NCBI GenBank assembly: GCA_016748015.1
Contig: JAAOMT010000134.1
Span: 626,757-690,756 of the forward strand
DNA from: Geosiphon pyriformis uo1
Lineage: Eukaryota > Fungi > Glomeromycota
Direction of reading: 5' to 3'
DNA: 64,000 bases
The notes under the pieces are model-generated. The model worked only from the letters and a program-made list of their open reading frames with translations. It did no database searches and was not told the DNA's origin. The translations under genes were made by a program, and so were the position numbers. Positions 27,242 through 40,193 of the stretch are shown one piece after another (position 1 is the first letter of the stretch; every line of letters begins with the position of its first letter).

Positions 27242-29188
27242 TTAATCGTCCTCATCTAATTTGATTTTTAACAAGAGTCGTCCCTCACCATCTTTTGCGT
27301 CGAGATCTTCTTCAAAGACAGTTTCTGTAATTGAATACTCATTAAGTAAGGAGATGGCAGTGTGAAGCCGATGTCTACGTTCTTGTAACGGCGGAAAATC
27401 CTAGAAAGTAGAAAACTCTTCATTGCTAATCTGATTGCTTATAAGGTGACAATGGCGTCTTATTTACCTCACTAAGTTCTCGAACCTGTATTTCCTTGAA
27501 TTTCGATTCGAGTAAAATTTCTACCACGCGTCCAATCGTTGAACCGAGACTATCTGGGTAGAGAAGACTCGCCAAATTTTTCATGTTCTCAATATTTATA
27601 TTCCTTCTTTCTTCTAGACTTGGAAGAGTTTCTCTGATCTGCGAACGGAACCAAACGGTAAATCGTCTTTAAAAATCACGAATTATATAAGTGAATAATT
27701 GAGTATTCGAAGCTCCTTGCCTCTGAAAGTTTAAGGTGGGCTTCTTCAAAGTATAAATTGGATAGTGTTTCCAACTCACTAGCTTCATCTATACAACGGA
27801 TTATCTTGGGTAGAAGCCAAGAATTTCTTTGAGACCTCCTAATTTCATATAGAATATATAGGATTTGCCCTACCGTCGAGTATGGAAATCAGCTGGCTTC
27901 GCTGTTGCGCGGCTTTAAAAAAGTCCAATTGCTTCGCGTACAAGTTCCAGCATGTTTCTATTGATAAAAAATAGGATGATTGTTCAGAAACAATTTTCAT
28001 GAACCTCCAATTGTACCCAAATCATTACCCTCCTCTGATTCCTCGCTATGGATGGAATCACATCCCAGAGTGTCTTTTTGTTGAAGATCCACTTGTAGCT
28101 GTTTCTCTTGTATTGCTGTATCAAGTTCATTTAATTGTTTCTGGAAACTCTCCATTTTAACCAGCACGCTATCCTCTAGCTATCAATCAAAAACAAAAAG
28201 ACAATTTATTTCACAAGCCGTTTAATGTTAAACAAAAAAGAATATCTAACTCTAGATATACCTTTGGATCAATGTAAGTTGAGCTCGATGGTTGTTCCAT
28301 AATGCAAGATCTTCTTTTCAATGTACGGAGCTCTAATTCCTAAAATTTAAAAAAGTAATTTATGACTAATTTTGATTATGTGATTCATTTGAGAATAAAT
28401 TTTTTTTCATACTTTGTTCCAAATTTGTTCGGTTAAATTTTCCACAGATGCAGTTAATTTCATCCTTTGCGCCTTTAATTCCTTAACGTCCCGCTCCTGT
28501 TGTGGTTGGGGCGACAATTTTGATTTTTTCGTTCCTCTTTTCGCATGAAGGGTTTCATTTCCTCTTGGTTTTGGAAGTCTTAGAGCACCTAATTCGATCT
28601 CGTGGCTATCAACCTATTAATTTCTAAAAAACTGAATTAAAAATTGAAGAAAAATGAGGCAAAATTTCGGTGGCTGTTTCACACGACCTCCGTTTGGAGT
28701 TGATGTTCCCTCTGCTGCAGTATAGTCAACTCTTTTTCGATTTGATTGATTAAGGAGTTTATCTCAGGAGATATCTCGGCCGCGAGATTTATTTGGGCGT
28801 CATTTATATCTTTCTCGGTAACCAATTCGTGTTCCTACAGTATTTAGATGGCGGACATATTTTAAGTCTGTGACGGTCAGCTCACAACACCCCCTTCATT
28901 ATATTAACCCGATCATATTTCAAGACTTCATTAATCCTTGTGAAATCTTTTGTGCCATATTCCAGCCTTTTGACAGAGGTTTGTAGCTAAAATTAATAGC
29001 GGTTCGGACAATTTTTATTTATATTTAAGTCGAAAATGAACAAGTTTTTATCTCGCGACCGAATGCAGTAAGCATACCAACAGAGAACTATTTTGTAACT
29101 TCTCTACACATCTCTCAAGGTTTTGAACATAAACTGGAGGTAAAGTGGAGGTGGGGTTAGGAAGATGAGAGAATCTTCTTTGTGCCAT
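27242..29188 (-). CDS. SPC19: DASH/Dam1 complex subunit Spc19 with C-terminal extension (~415-420 aa); exons 29078-29188, 28909-28986, 28688-28834, 28413-28613, 28262-28339, ~28029-28179, ~27721-27869, 27468-27638, 27242-27400
   Basis: Missed by the ORF track and spliced by hand: ..LERCVEKLQNSSLL|LQTSVKRLEYGTKDFTRINEVLKYDR|EHELVTEKDINDAQINLAAEISPEINSLINQIEKELTILQQREHQLQTE|..KELKAQRMKLTASVENL..ELELR. This fits the Spc19 pattern (L..CV..L..S; D.PRL..VL...RHFELV.E.D...AQ....EI.P.I..L). The first five introns are phase-0 GT-AG. The exon 6/7 junction is uncertain. Confidence 0.85.
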
Positions 29189-29245
29189 AGTGGAGCCTCA
29201 ATCGTTAATTATTTCGGGAAGTTTTCTAGTGATTATATTAGACAC

Positions 29246-29304
29246 ACGCGTTATATCATATCATTTAGACGTGTCTGATATAAATGGGACTCCAATTTTG
29301 ATTG
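29246..29304. promoter_or_regulatory. Putative SPC19 promoter elements: MCB-like ACGCGT and opposed CCAAT boxes
   Basis: ACGCGT at 29246-29251, about 60 bp upstream of the ATG; CCAATTTTGATTGG at 29291-29304. Short motifs only. Confidence 0.3.
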
Positions 29305-29563
29305 GTCAATAGTGGATAGCTGACTTTAAAAAGTTGGGCAAATTTCTGAAGACGGGAAAATATAAAGCCATATATCTTTAATTTCGAGAAAAATTATTTT
29401 TAACAAATTGAAAAATAACGTGTCTTGACTTACGAATCAAAAAGGGGATTATCAATTACTTTATCAAAGATTAAGGAAGTCAGGAAAAGCAGCAAAGATT
29501 CTTTGCAACTTATACAATAGCGAAAATATGAGAAAATATTAGGAACATATGTTTCTACTATTT

Positions 29564-29564
29564 C

Positions 29565-29598
<34 letters not shown>
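29564..29598. repeat. (CAA)n microsatellite
   Basis: Direct reading. Confidence 0.9.
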
Positions 29599-29599
<1 letters not shown>

Positions 29600-31046
29600 T
29601 TCAACTGCATTGATTGTTTCCCGAATTTCTTCAATTTCTTGGGCGGTTCATCTCTGATACTCCCAGCTTCGACATTTTCTTCAAGATTTATTTATCCATT
29701 AAACAACAGAAAAATTCAGTCTTCCTAAATGTACTTTTATCGATCAAAAAAAGCACTGGAATGGTTTGAAAAAATCAAACTAGGAAACCTATAAACTTTT
29801 CAGTACTTGAAATAGTCACAAATCTTCGTACTGAATTCATTATATTGTTTAAAGACTGAAATTCAAAAATATTTACTAATTGATTATCTTAAAAGTTAAA
29901 AAATCCATGCCAAACATAATTGACTGCTAATTTTTCAAAACAATGACGATATACAGATTCTTCGCCTTTAGAACCGCGTTTATCCATTTGATTTGATCCT
30001 GTAAAAATAGAAATTTATTCAAGAAGCAATAAATGGATATTTAACGATATGAGAAACCATTTTCTAAAGGATTATAAGTTGTTATTGTTGTTGTTGTTGT
30101 TGTTATTATTATGACACCCCCGAGGTCAAGCTAAGTTTCAAGTAGGGTATATCTCGAAAATCCACACAATTCAGTGATTAAAAAGATGCGTCAGATATTT
30201 GAAATATAAAATTCTAAATCGGTTTATAAATATAGACAAAACTGAGATAGGATGAACGTCAAACGATCAATGAATTTTATCACGAAAGCCCGAGCGAGAT
30301 ACTTTACCGTTCCCTCTTTTACAAGTCAGCCCGTTTCTTTAATTAGCATATTTCATAAAATCAAGATTTTTACTTTAGACAATTTCAAAATCTTAATATA
30401 ATTGATCTCTAATTGTTTTAAAACTCTTGGTCCACTGGGATAAATATCAAATAATAGCAAAGACAGATATTCCAATTCTCTAACCAAATTCAGTTGCAAT
30501 GAAAAACTTGTTAGGATTTTTGGAAATTCAATTCCTTTCAAAACGCGTCAAAAAAAAATTAGGGTAGTGAAAATCTTGATCAATTGAGGCTGAACACTTT
30601 GATCATTGTTTTGTCAGCTGTTTGCTTGCTTGCTTGCTTGCCTGCCTACCCTAAGCCCATAAATATCGGCAGTTCCAAATGAAAACTCCAACCTATACCT
30701 AATCATTTAGTCGCACGATAAAATTGGGCTTTATTCTTTTTGCGGATAAAGATTTTTAACTCTTTTAAACTTTCACACATTACAAATCCAACAAAAAAAG
30801 CCGTTATCTTGACGTCAGTTTTCCAAAGAGTTTAAAGAGGCATTCATTATGTTTGAAAAGACTTTAAGGGTAAAAATGACTTGATGTTTCCGTTCTTTAT
30901 ATGGATTTTTTTCGGGTAATCCCTTCGAATTGGCCATTTCTTTTGGGACGTGTGAAATTTTAACCTAATTGATATAAGGCACACTTAATTATAATTAATC
31001 TTTTAACTTTTTTCAAGACACAATTAAAAATAATTATGCTGGATTA

Positions 31047-31093
<47 letters not shown>

Positions 31094-31113
31094 TGATAAT
31101 GATAATGATGATG
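31047..31113. repeat. (GAT)n microsatellite
   Basis: Direct reading. Confidence 0.9.
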
Positions 31114-31330
31114 ACACGTTGTCGATGAACCTTTTAGTTTTTGAAGAATAACGGTGACCCCGAGATGGTGTTAAAAATCATGCGGGTAATAAAAAGACTG
31201 ATAAGTAAATGCACCGGTCAAAATAATATCCATCATGCTGTTCTCGACAATTAAAATGACTCAAAATCCTTTTTTGTAAAAATCATTATCCTTAATTGCT
31301 GACAAATGTTTCCTACAGATCTTTTCTTTT

Positions 31331-31339
31331 TGTGTGCCT

Positions 31340-31381
<42 letters not shown>

Positions 31382-31401
31382 GTGTGTGTGTGTGTATGTG
31401 T
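31331..31401. repeat. (TG)n microsatellite
   Basis: Direct reading. Confidence 0.9.
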
Positions 31402-32207
31402 AGATTTCGAATGTGAGACTAGCATAAAATGTTGTGTTCAAAATTATAAAAACCAAAGTACATGCTTTTTTTAAAAAAATTTCGGCAAAATCCCATCGGT
31501 CAGTATCTTATCATCTCAACCGAAACTAACACAAATTAATCCATTTGTTTTTTTCTTAATTATTAACGCGTGGTCTTTTAAAAATCGTCATTGACCAATT
31601 CAAATTAATACCAAATTGAAATTTTCAAAGTATTAGATACTCTATTGGATAAATTGAATGGTTATCAATCTGAAAACTTTGCATTAAGATTTTCCGATAC
31701 ATACCAATTGACAGGAAATTATATTTAAATCATTTCAATATGAAAGTATTTTATCAACACGTTTTATCTCTATTAAAGAAAAAAAAAGCCATCCAAAAAA
31801 TATTTTGCAAACTTAAATTTCTTGGGAATCAAAAAAAAAATAAAAAAAATAAAGTAAAATTCCCATTTATCATATTGCTGATGAATTATGCGTGTATTTA
31901 TTGTATGCTCAGTGAAATGTGTATTTTTTTTGATTTCTTGAAATCCTATCTACTATGTTCAATCGTTGTTTAATTGTCTTGTTAATAATATTTTCAAGAT
32001 TCGAAAGATGTTATCAAAAATGTTTCCAAAATTGAGAAATGTGCCAGTTTTTGTGTCGTTCAAAATAAAACGTATTGAAATCCTACGTGGGGATTGCTAC
32101 TATCACAAGTCGAAATATCTATTGCTAAATTTTATATATATATATAATCTCAAAAGATGCATCTAAAACTACAATATCCTATTATAATTATACATTAACT
32201 AAGCTCA

Positions 32208-35200
32208 TTAATTTCTTCGATTATTGTTACTTCTTGTTGACCTATTACTTGTGGAACTATCATTAGGACTGACATTGCCGCTAGCAGCACGTACATGCTG
32301 TGTTGGCATTGTGGATTGTCTGTTTGCTGAATTACCCGTGTCATTATAATAGCGTGGGCCGGTCAATGTTGGATTTTCAAATGAACGGGAACGTTCAAAT
32401 GAGTTTGTGGGTGAATGGTTCTGCGATCCTCTTCTTTCACGATGAGGAGGATATTGTGGTCTGGCTGGTTGATCATAGCTGAAATCACGAGAATTTTGTC
32501 GCGCGACAGCAGCTTCTCTCGCTACTTGTTGTGAATAATATGTGTCACGATTTGACATTCTAGGTGATCCACGCGGAGAATTTCTTCCACCTGGAGATGC
32601 AGATCCATCCCGGTGTCGGGGTGGATCTGCATACCGTGCATGTCGACTTGAAGTTGAATTTGTGGGGGAAGGAACCGAATAATTAGGCGGGAAGCCAGTC
32701 GTGACTGAATGACGAATTCGGCGTTGCGTTTGATGTTGCACACCTACAGGTATGTTTTCACCAATTACAACGTCATCATCATCATCATCATCATCGTCAT
32801 CACCATCATCATGATCATGATGAAGACGATAATCCTCTTCCTGACTTAAATAATAATCACCACCTATATTAAAATCACCTTCAGCAGCAGCGAGGCGATT
32901 ATTCCGTGTTGGGTCAGGTTTAAACGAGGGCGAAGAGGGAGTTGCCGATCGTGGACTAGCCGGAAGTCTCGCGAGTTCAATGTTGTCGACCGGTCCTAAA
33001 AGGTAGGGGATCTCTGTTATTTCAGCGTCATGGGGGGAACCAGGATTCGTTAAGAATGGGTAGGCTTCTTTTTCTTGGGTCGTCCCGTGGTTAGGCATAG
33101 GATAATCGTTCGGGGACACGTCCGAGGAATCCAGCTCTGTATTAGAAATTGTATCACGAGACCGTTCAACACCCCTTGTCAGTGGCATTGAACTTTCATT
33201 TGTGTTCAACGATTCAAAAGATTCAGTCGTGCTGTAGTGACTCTTTCGCATCATACCCATCATTTTCATGTCCTCCAAAAATTGTGGTGGCGGTAAGCCT
33301 TTAGCTATTGCCTCTTTGAATTGTCTTTCTCGTTCGAATTCGACCCATCTTTTCATCACGATTTTGGAACTGTCGAATTCACCATCCTTGGCCGAATGAT
33401 CACCTTTTCCTTTGTCACCTTCGACCCGGCGAGTGGCACCCCATGTAAAATCGTCGAAATGCCAGTAAGCGTAGATTGGAAGGAGGAAATTCCAGATCGG
33501 TAGGGAAAGTAAGTAAATCAACATCCATCCTACGTAAACAACTTTTCTAGAAGTCATTAAAATCAAAATGGCAGGTAAACCCAGAATTGCGGCTAACAAT
33601 AATAAGGGAATTATTGGAAGTGGTTTTACAAAGAAGGAAATGATGACGAGGTAGATGGTGAAACTGATAGCAGCGGGTAGTACGACAGTACCAACAAGTT
33701 CCATAAAGATGACAAACTGCATAGAGAAACAGAATGTGCCGCATAAATCTCGGACCAAAATTAATTCCATCAAATTGTGTACAGTAGAATTAATCCATCG
33801 ACGGCGTTGAGACAATAAAACTTTAAAGGAATCTGGTACTATGGTTTTGCAAACGGCCTGTGGTACGAATAACATTTTTCGCTTGGGAAAAGTTCGAAGC
33901 ATTAAAGTGGTCAGGAAACGATCTTCACCAAGCAAGAGAAGGTTTTTCTTGTGCAAGGTGTCGACAATGTTTTCAGAGTAATTTTCAACTATATCAGGAT
34001 TTGCCAATATGGGGACCCAATATCCGTCAGGGCCTTTTGGTGCTTTAATACGATACATACAGAAACAACCTGGTAAACAGGTAACACCTCCAAATATTGA
34101 CTCAAAGGCCTTACTTTGATGATGGGATATATAATATTCGAACACTGTTGTACGTTTGATTAAAACGTTAAATATCAATGAAATAAATGAATAAATGAAT
34201 AAATAAATAAATAAATGGTTTGCTGGCTGGCAAGGATAGTAGTATTTACAAATTTTTGAGGGAAAAAATACCTTGAATCATTGTCCAGATGCTATCTGTT
34301 TTGTTGGCAATCTTTGTTTCTCCGCACAACCCCATAATTTCGTTATCTCGTATCATACAAGAGATCATACGAGAAAGTGAGTCTGGATATATTTTGGTAT
34401 CAGCATCCACCTAAATTGAAAATGAGAATGTCCTCTTTTAACAAAAAAAATAAAAATTCATCAAAGCCCGAAATTTTACTAGATACCACTACCTACCATC
34501 AACACAATCTCATACTTATCCGGACTGACGCCGGTGACTCTCCATATTCCATTGAAGAATTCATATTCGAATGGTGTCATACGTTCATCAAACATTACCT
34601 TTTGCAAGAAGCCCATAAGGATAATTTGTGAATCACGTTTTCCACGATTACCAGGTTTTGGGAGGTTTTGTTCCTCTTCGGCACCACACTTGACCACTAG
34701 TACCATTGGTACTCTTTGTTGTTTACTAACGTCAACTTTGGACTGATCGTACTTGTAAAAGCCGGAAAATACCTTTGCCCTATTATGACGTTTGGTACCA
34801 TCAGCGATCGCAACGTATGAATGTGCTTCGACTTCCTCCGGAGGAATGGCAAAATTGTGCATCAGAGAAAGCAAGATATCCGGTGTGGACATTGAGTTCC
34901 CACCTCCGGTGATAATACCATCAGCAATCACGAGAACAACTTTATGGGAGTTGGGATAGTCTGTCATAGCGATGGAATCAAGGGTACTACGAAGGCCTTG
35001 TTCTGATTCAGAGTAGGCCGTGATCAAGCATATAGTATGTGTTAGGGGAAAATTGAATGGTTGATAACCGGCGGGAGGCTGAGCCACTATATGAGTACTG
35101 GGAAAGGGACAATTTCCAAGTGATTCTTTACTATCGGATGTTAATGATGTTCCCAGAGAATATTCTTGATGATGAAGAGGAAGGGAAGAAGAGCTTGCAT

Positions 35201-35889
35201 TGTTCATGTCATCATTTAAATTTGATCTTGTAGGACCTAATGTGGGACTACCACTTGGTGATGCATTCGGTGATATTCGTGGTGTTGAGCCTCCCGGAGG
35301 ATAAAGTAGATTCTTGGGAGAAGTTTTTCCGTATGGAGAACGACGACCATTACCACCACCACCACCACCACCATATGCTCCAGTCTTTGATTGACTTGTC
35401 TGACTTCCATTTGACGGACGAGGATTGTAAGCATTAGAGAAACGAGAAGTCATGGGAAGGAAACGTGATTTACGATTTGGAGGTGATGCGGGCTTATTGA
35501 TATCTTCGGACCATGCCTCAATCTCGGCTGCACGCTTCATCCTCTCCTCATAGGATTCGGGTTTGAATGCGCCTAATCTCCAAGATAAACACCATCCAAA
35601 GATCACGGCCAATAGGAATTTGATGAATACGACGCCCACAATGAAAATTAATGAAATATAAAGAACAATATCAGAAGCAATGCATCCCATTGTTTTCGTA
35701 TCAATGGAACCAATTCGTAAAACGTCAGCCAGACACTCGGCAATTCTCTTATTGTCAGTATTCATGAACATGAGTGAAGCATCACGACGACTATATATAT
35801 TATTGGGATTTGTGAGGTTGTTAAATATTGGTGGTATGTTAATCTGCGTTGGGTCGAGCCATTTTAACCTTTCCAAATCAAGCACATAA

Positions 35890-35929
<40 letters not shown>

Positions 35930-37269
35930 AATTTTAGAGTTTAAAATAAAAGTTTCAAGGAATAACGAAACGCGTCAAAGCAAAGAATACTATTCACCCA
36001 TTGTATACCGCCAGATTCCGACCAGGTTTAGCAATATCATCCCACGTGTAGAATACTTCGCCAGTTTTTTTTAATGCAAAATATGCTCTTCGAGCTGTCT
36101 CTGAAGTGTGACAACCAGGTTGTGAGACCCATTGTTTGGTCAGTTCCGTAGCTTTTGTTGAACCATTCTGTTCAAGCATGATGCATGGGAAATAGTAAGC
36201 AAGATTTCCATTTTCATTTTTAATTTTAGAGCCGGGGGCGGAGGTTAAAATCCCCTTACACCGGAAGTTCACTTTTTGGAACATGAATGAAATATCTTTT
36301 CCTCCAGCGTTCACCGGTCGGTAGGCAGGATTAGAATTGGGAGCGATTGGAGGATTGTATGATTGAACGCCGGGATGTTTGAAGCCATCAAGGTTATAAG
36401 CAAAGCCATTTATAATGACAGTGCCACCGTTTACAGTTCCACCTCTTAAACGAGTTGGAGGTTTACCACATACGACTTGAGTGAAACCTAAGATTCCAAT
36501 ATTTGATTATGATGATTTTTTACCAAACGGTAGCATAAAGTGAAAAATTTTCAAATAAAATCTCAAAATTTAAACGAACCAAATGTTAAAAATGCCACAA
36601 AAAGGCATATGACAATAATCACAGAAATTAGGCCAATCTTTTCACGCCAAGCACGTTGAATTTCCGGAGTCTTCATACGACCTTTTGTTAATTTAGAAGG
36701 GGTATATTTTTAGTGTAGAACGATGATTTTAAAAATCTGAATTAATTAAAAAAAAAAGAGTTACCTATTGTGCTCAAGATAAATGGAGGAGCGTAGAATG
36801 TGACTGCATAACAAAAAATAATCCAACAAGTGGGCCATTCTTTTTTCTTCTTCTTCTTTTTATTGTTATTATTAATTTGTGAGTCCTTTTCACTTTTTCT
36901 TCTTTTAATAGTGTTTAGACGTTTCTTTGCTTCATGGGATTTTGGTCTTTCACGTCCTAGAATACTTTGGCCACGTCGAGGACCTTCAGGTCTACCATTT
37001 TCCAGTTCATCAGTACGGGAATTATAAGGATATTGTGGGTTGTTTGGGAACACTGGGTCCCTCTCGAAACGTGAGTTTTGTCTTTGAGGGTGAAAACCCT
37101 GAGGGGGAATCGTGATTTCAGTTGTTTCTTCGGGATATGTTACAGTGGGATTTGTTAAATGAACTTGGTTAAATACAGAGCTGCGAAATTGTACAGGTGC
37201 TCTAGTGGGTCCAGAACGTCGGCTCACTCCTGAAACCCTAGAACTTGGGGTTGGGGGTGTTGAAGACAT
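32208..37269 (-). CDS. CHS3: Chitin synthase, division II class IV (yeast Chs3-like), ~1521 aa; exons 36765-37269, 36580-36681, 35998-36487, 34497-35889, 34272-34410, 32208-34144
   Basis: Motifs [64 protein letters not shown]. Six exons with GT-AG introns total 4566 nt in frame. No myosin motor domain. Confidence 0.96.
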
Positions 37270-37504
37270 ATTAACTATTGTTCATTTAGGAAATATCTAC
37301 AAAAAGAGTAATGGGGAGTGGAGTGGAGTGGGAAAGGGGGAGTGGGTTTTTTTTATTTTAATATTGGATCTTTTCCTTTGTTATTTTGGTTTTCGAACTT
37401 GCAAAATCCAAATCAACTTGATTGGTCAAACTTTACACGAATAGAAAAGAGGAAAGAAGAGTGAAGATGAGAGAAGCTCTTAGTCAAAAAGTTTTTATGA
37501 AAAT

Positions 37505-37740
37505 GTAGCCGCGTTTTGTCACGTCACGTCACGACTTTGGAGAAAGAATAAATAGTGAAGTGAGAAGTTTTGATTTTTTTCGAAAAAAGAGGTTTTTTTT
37601 AAAGATAAAAATTGGGGGTTTTTTTTTGAACTTACTTAAAAAAGTAAGACTATATTTTGTTGAAGGGATATTGAGTTTTGAGTTTAGAAAAGTGGTAAAG
37701 AATAAAGATACCACGATTTAAATAAAGTCTGACGTGTAGT
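37505..37740. promoter_or_regulatory. Cluster of CRE/ATF-like (TGACGT) and MCB-like motifs upstream of the chitin synthase
   Basis: CCGCGTTTT at ~37509, GTCACGTCACGTCACG at ~37518-37533, TGACGT at ~37730. Confidence 0.3.
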
Positions 37741-38530
37741 CAGAGGGAGACAAATAGAAAAGGAAAAGGGCTAGAAGAAAGCCTGTTACAGGTGCTGAAA
37801 CCAAACAAAAAAAACGAGATTTTTTTTAATATATTTTTTTTTCAAAACGGTTTTTTTTTTATTTTTGGACTTGAGCTCCCAAAAAGCAATATCTCAAACT
37901 TTTTAGGACCTTCTTTTTTTTGTTTTAGGAGCGAAACAAAAATCACAATAAGGTGTAACCCAAGATTCGCTTTAATTATGATATCGATACTAATCGTAAA
38001 TTTAAATTTTAGTTTTTTTTTTTTGAAAGGCTCGTAAATTTAACTGTTTTAAATGTTCCGGTATTCGGGTGATGATGAAAATTTTACTGGCGGAGAATGA
38101 AATTACCCAACAGATTATGAAGAATTTAGTTTTTTTTTTTATTTTGTTTTTAAACTTTTTTATATATCATGATAGCAGTTAAAAATAAAGCCAATCAAAA
38201 GTAAAATATCTTAATTACGAGTTTCCAAATTAAGGTTGAATTATTTGGGGGGTGAGGCGAGGGCTGTGGAGAGGAGAAGGATGAGGATGAGAAGGAGGAG
38301 GAGGAGAAGGAGAAGAGGGGATTACAAAGAATCGTTTTTTTTTTAATGTTTGTTCCAAAAGGTTTAATTTTAGATCGCCAAGAAGGCTTAAGCTATTTTT
38401 AAAATGGGACAAGAAAAGCGTAAGGCTACATCATTTGAAGTTATTTAGTAAAAACAAAATGGAATAGAACTGAATTCAGAATTCAGGGTAACCTTTTAAG
38501 AAGATCTTTTTTTAAAAAAATACCAGTTTT

Positions 38531-38534
<4 letters not shown>

Positions 38535-38584
<50 letters not shown>
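38535..38584. repeat. (TTA)n microsatellite
   Basis: Direct reading. Confidence 0.9.
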
Positions 38585-39107
38585 TAAAAAGCCGAATAAG
38601 TTTCCATTGAGAACTTTTTTAATTATAGAGTTGTTTATTTTTTTTATTTTATTTCTTGAACAAGAAAAAAACGCCATATAAAAAAAAAATTTTTTTATTT
38701 TTATTGGAAATTTTTTTTTAAAATTTTCCTATTATTCAAGTTTCGAGTTAGAAAGAAAACATGATGAAATAAATTAATATTTTGTTTGTAATTATGACCA
38801 TGCAATGCATAAAAAGAAGAATATTATACTGGTCAACACACAGGTTAATATGTCAAACACAGGTTAATATGTCAAAAAAAGGAAAATAAAAGTTTTTTCC
38901 TTTTTTGAAATTTGCATAGGATGACAGGAAAAGCTTTTTTTTTTAAATAAAAATACTCCCCTTGTCAATCTTAGCAAGAAATGTACAAAAATTAAAAAGG
39001 ATTTACATTTATTACTACTTAATAGTAAAAAAAAAAAAAATAGTGACTAAATTTTTACCTTAAGGGGTAATGTCCAAATAAATTATATGTCTTTGAACAT
39101 TTTTTTG

Positions 39108-39168
39108 GTTTGGTGGGTTGATGGGTTGATGGGTTGATGGGTTGATGGGTTGATGGGTTGGTGGGTTG
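39108..39168 (+). repeat. 8-bp tandem repeat (GGGTTGAT/GGGTTGGT) with seven GGG tracts
   Basis: tggtgggttgatgggttgatgggttgatgggttgatgggttgatgggttggtgggttg. Confidence 0.9.
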
Positions 39169-39467
39169 TGATTGATCAATTAAAAATCGTACCTTTTTTT
39201 TTTTTTTTAAAAAAAATGTTTCTAGAAAACTTTTCGTTCAACCTTGCAATTGAAATATTATGTCAGATTACATGCAACCCAAATTCGGCGTTACTGTACA
39301 AAATGCACGGGTAAGTAACATTGCACACTATTATGGCGCGCTAAAATATTTATCATGTCAAACATTTTTGATGTAATGAAATTAAGGATCAAGGTTTTTC
39401 ACGATCGCTGATAAGAAATAAACAGTTTTTGATTTATTTACTTTACAAAGAAAAACCTAATCATATT

Positions 39468-39490
39468 TATTATTATTATTATTATTGCTA

Positions 39491-39580
<90 letters not shown>
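39468..39580. repeat. (TTA)n microsatellite
   Basis: Direct reading. Confidence 0.9.
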
Positions 39581-39801
39581 GTTATAATTATAATTATAAA
39601 TTCAAAGAGAATATATATAAAATATAAAATATAATTGGACTATTTTTCATTAATTAATTAATTAATTAATCATTTTCAAAAAAAAATTGCTTTCCAAAAT
39701 AATCAAAATAATATTTTCATCATCTTGGTTTTTTTCAAAGATATTTTTTTAAAATTTATAATTAAAAAATTCAATCTGATAAAAACTCTTTACCCCAATA
39801 A

Positions 39802-40162
39802 TTATCTTAAACCAAATACTGACCTGGCCAAGATAGCCTGTAACTTCACCAATCGGTTACAAAGTGCCAAAGTTCCAGGTAATAAACATAAGATGAAAGG
39901 TAAACTGAGTGCAAAACAAATTACGGTAATGCAAAATATCAAAATTGACATTATGAATTTAATAAATATAAAATAAATTACGCTCCTTATGGTGAATTGG
40001 TCAAATGAAAGATCGAGAAAATAGTCAATGTAACCGACAGGTTGAATCACATCCCTGGATGTTCGGGTAATTGGGGGTAAAGGTTGATTGAAAACGGGAA
40101 AACTCGTTGGAGAGATTGAAGATAGAAAGAGGAGTTCAAGTCGGGATAGCGACCTGGATTAC

Positions 40163-40193
<31 letters not shown>

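Noticed and set aside
29600-30010. Short coding-looking stretches on the minus strand (INLEENVEAGSIRDEPPKK..; DQIKWINAVLKAK..)
   Set aside because: No consistent start or splice chain and no recognisable domain could be assembled.
32208-35885. ORF-track entries 32208-34178 and 34479-35885 as separate genes
   Set aside because: They are exons of one chitin synthase; their apparent starts and ends lie in introns or at internal codons.
35892-35927. 36-nt poly(A) as a retroposon tail
   Set aside because: It is the poly-T pyrimidine tract at the 3' end of chitin synthase intron 3; no TSD or element body.
38838-38875. 19-bp tandem duplication ACACAGGTTAATATGTCAA
   Set aside because: Two copies only; most simply a local slippage event or excision footprint, with nothing further to support a function.
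39108-39168. Interstitial telomere
   Set aside because: The unit is GGGTTGAT, not TTAGGG, and the tract is only about 60 bp.
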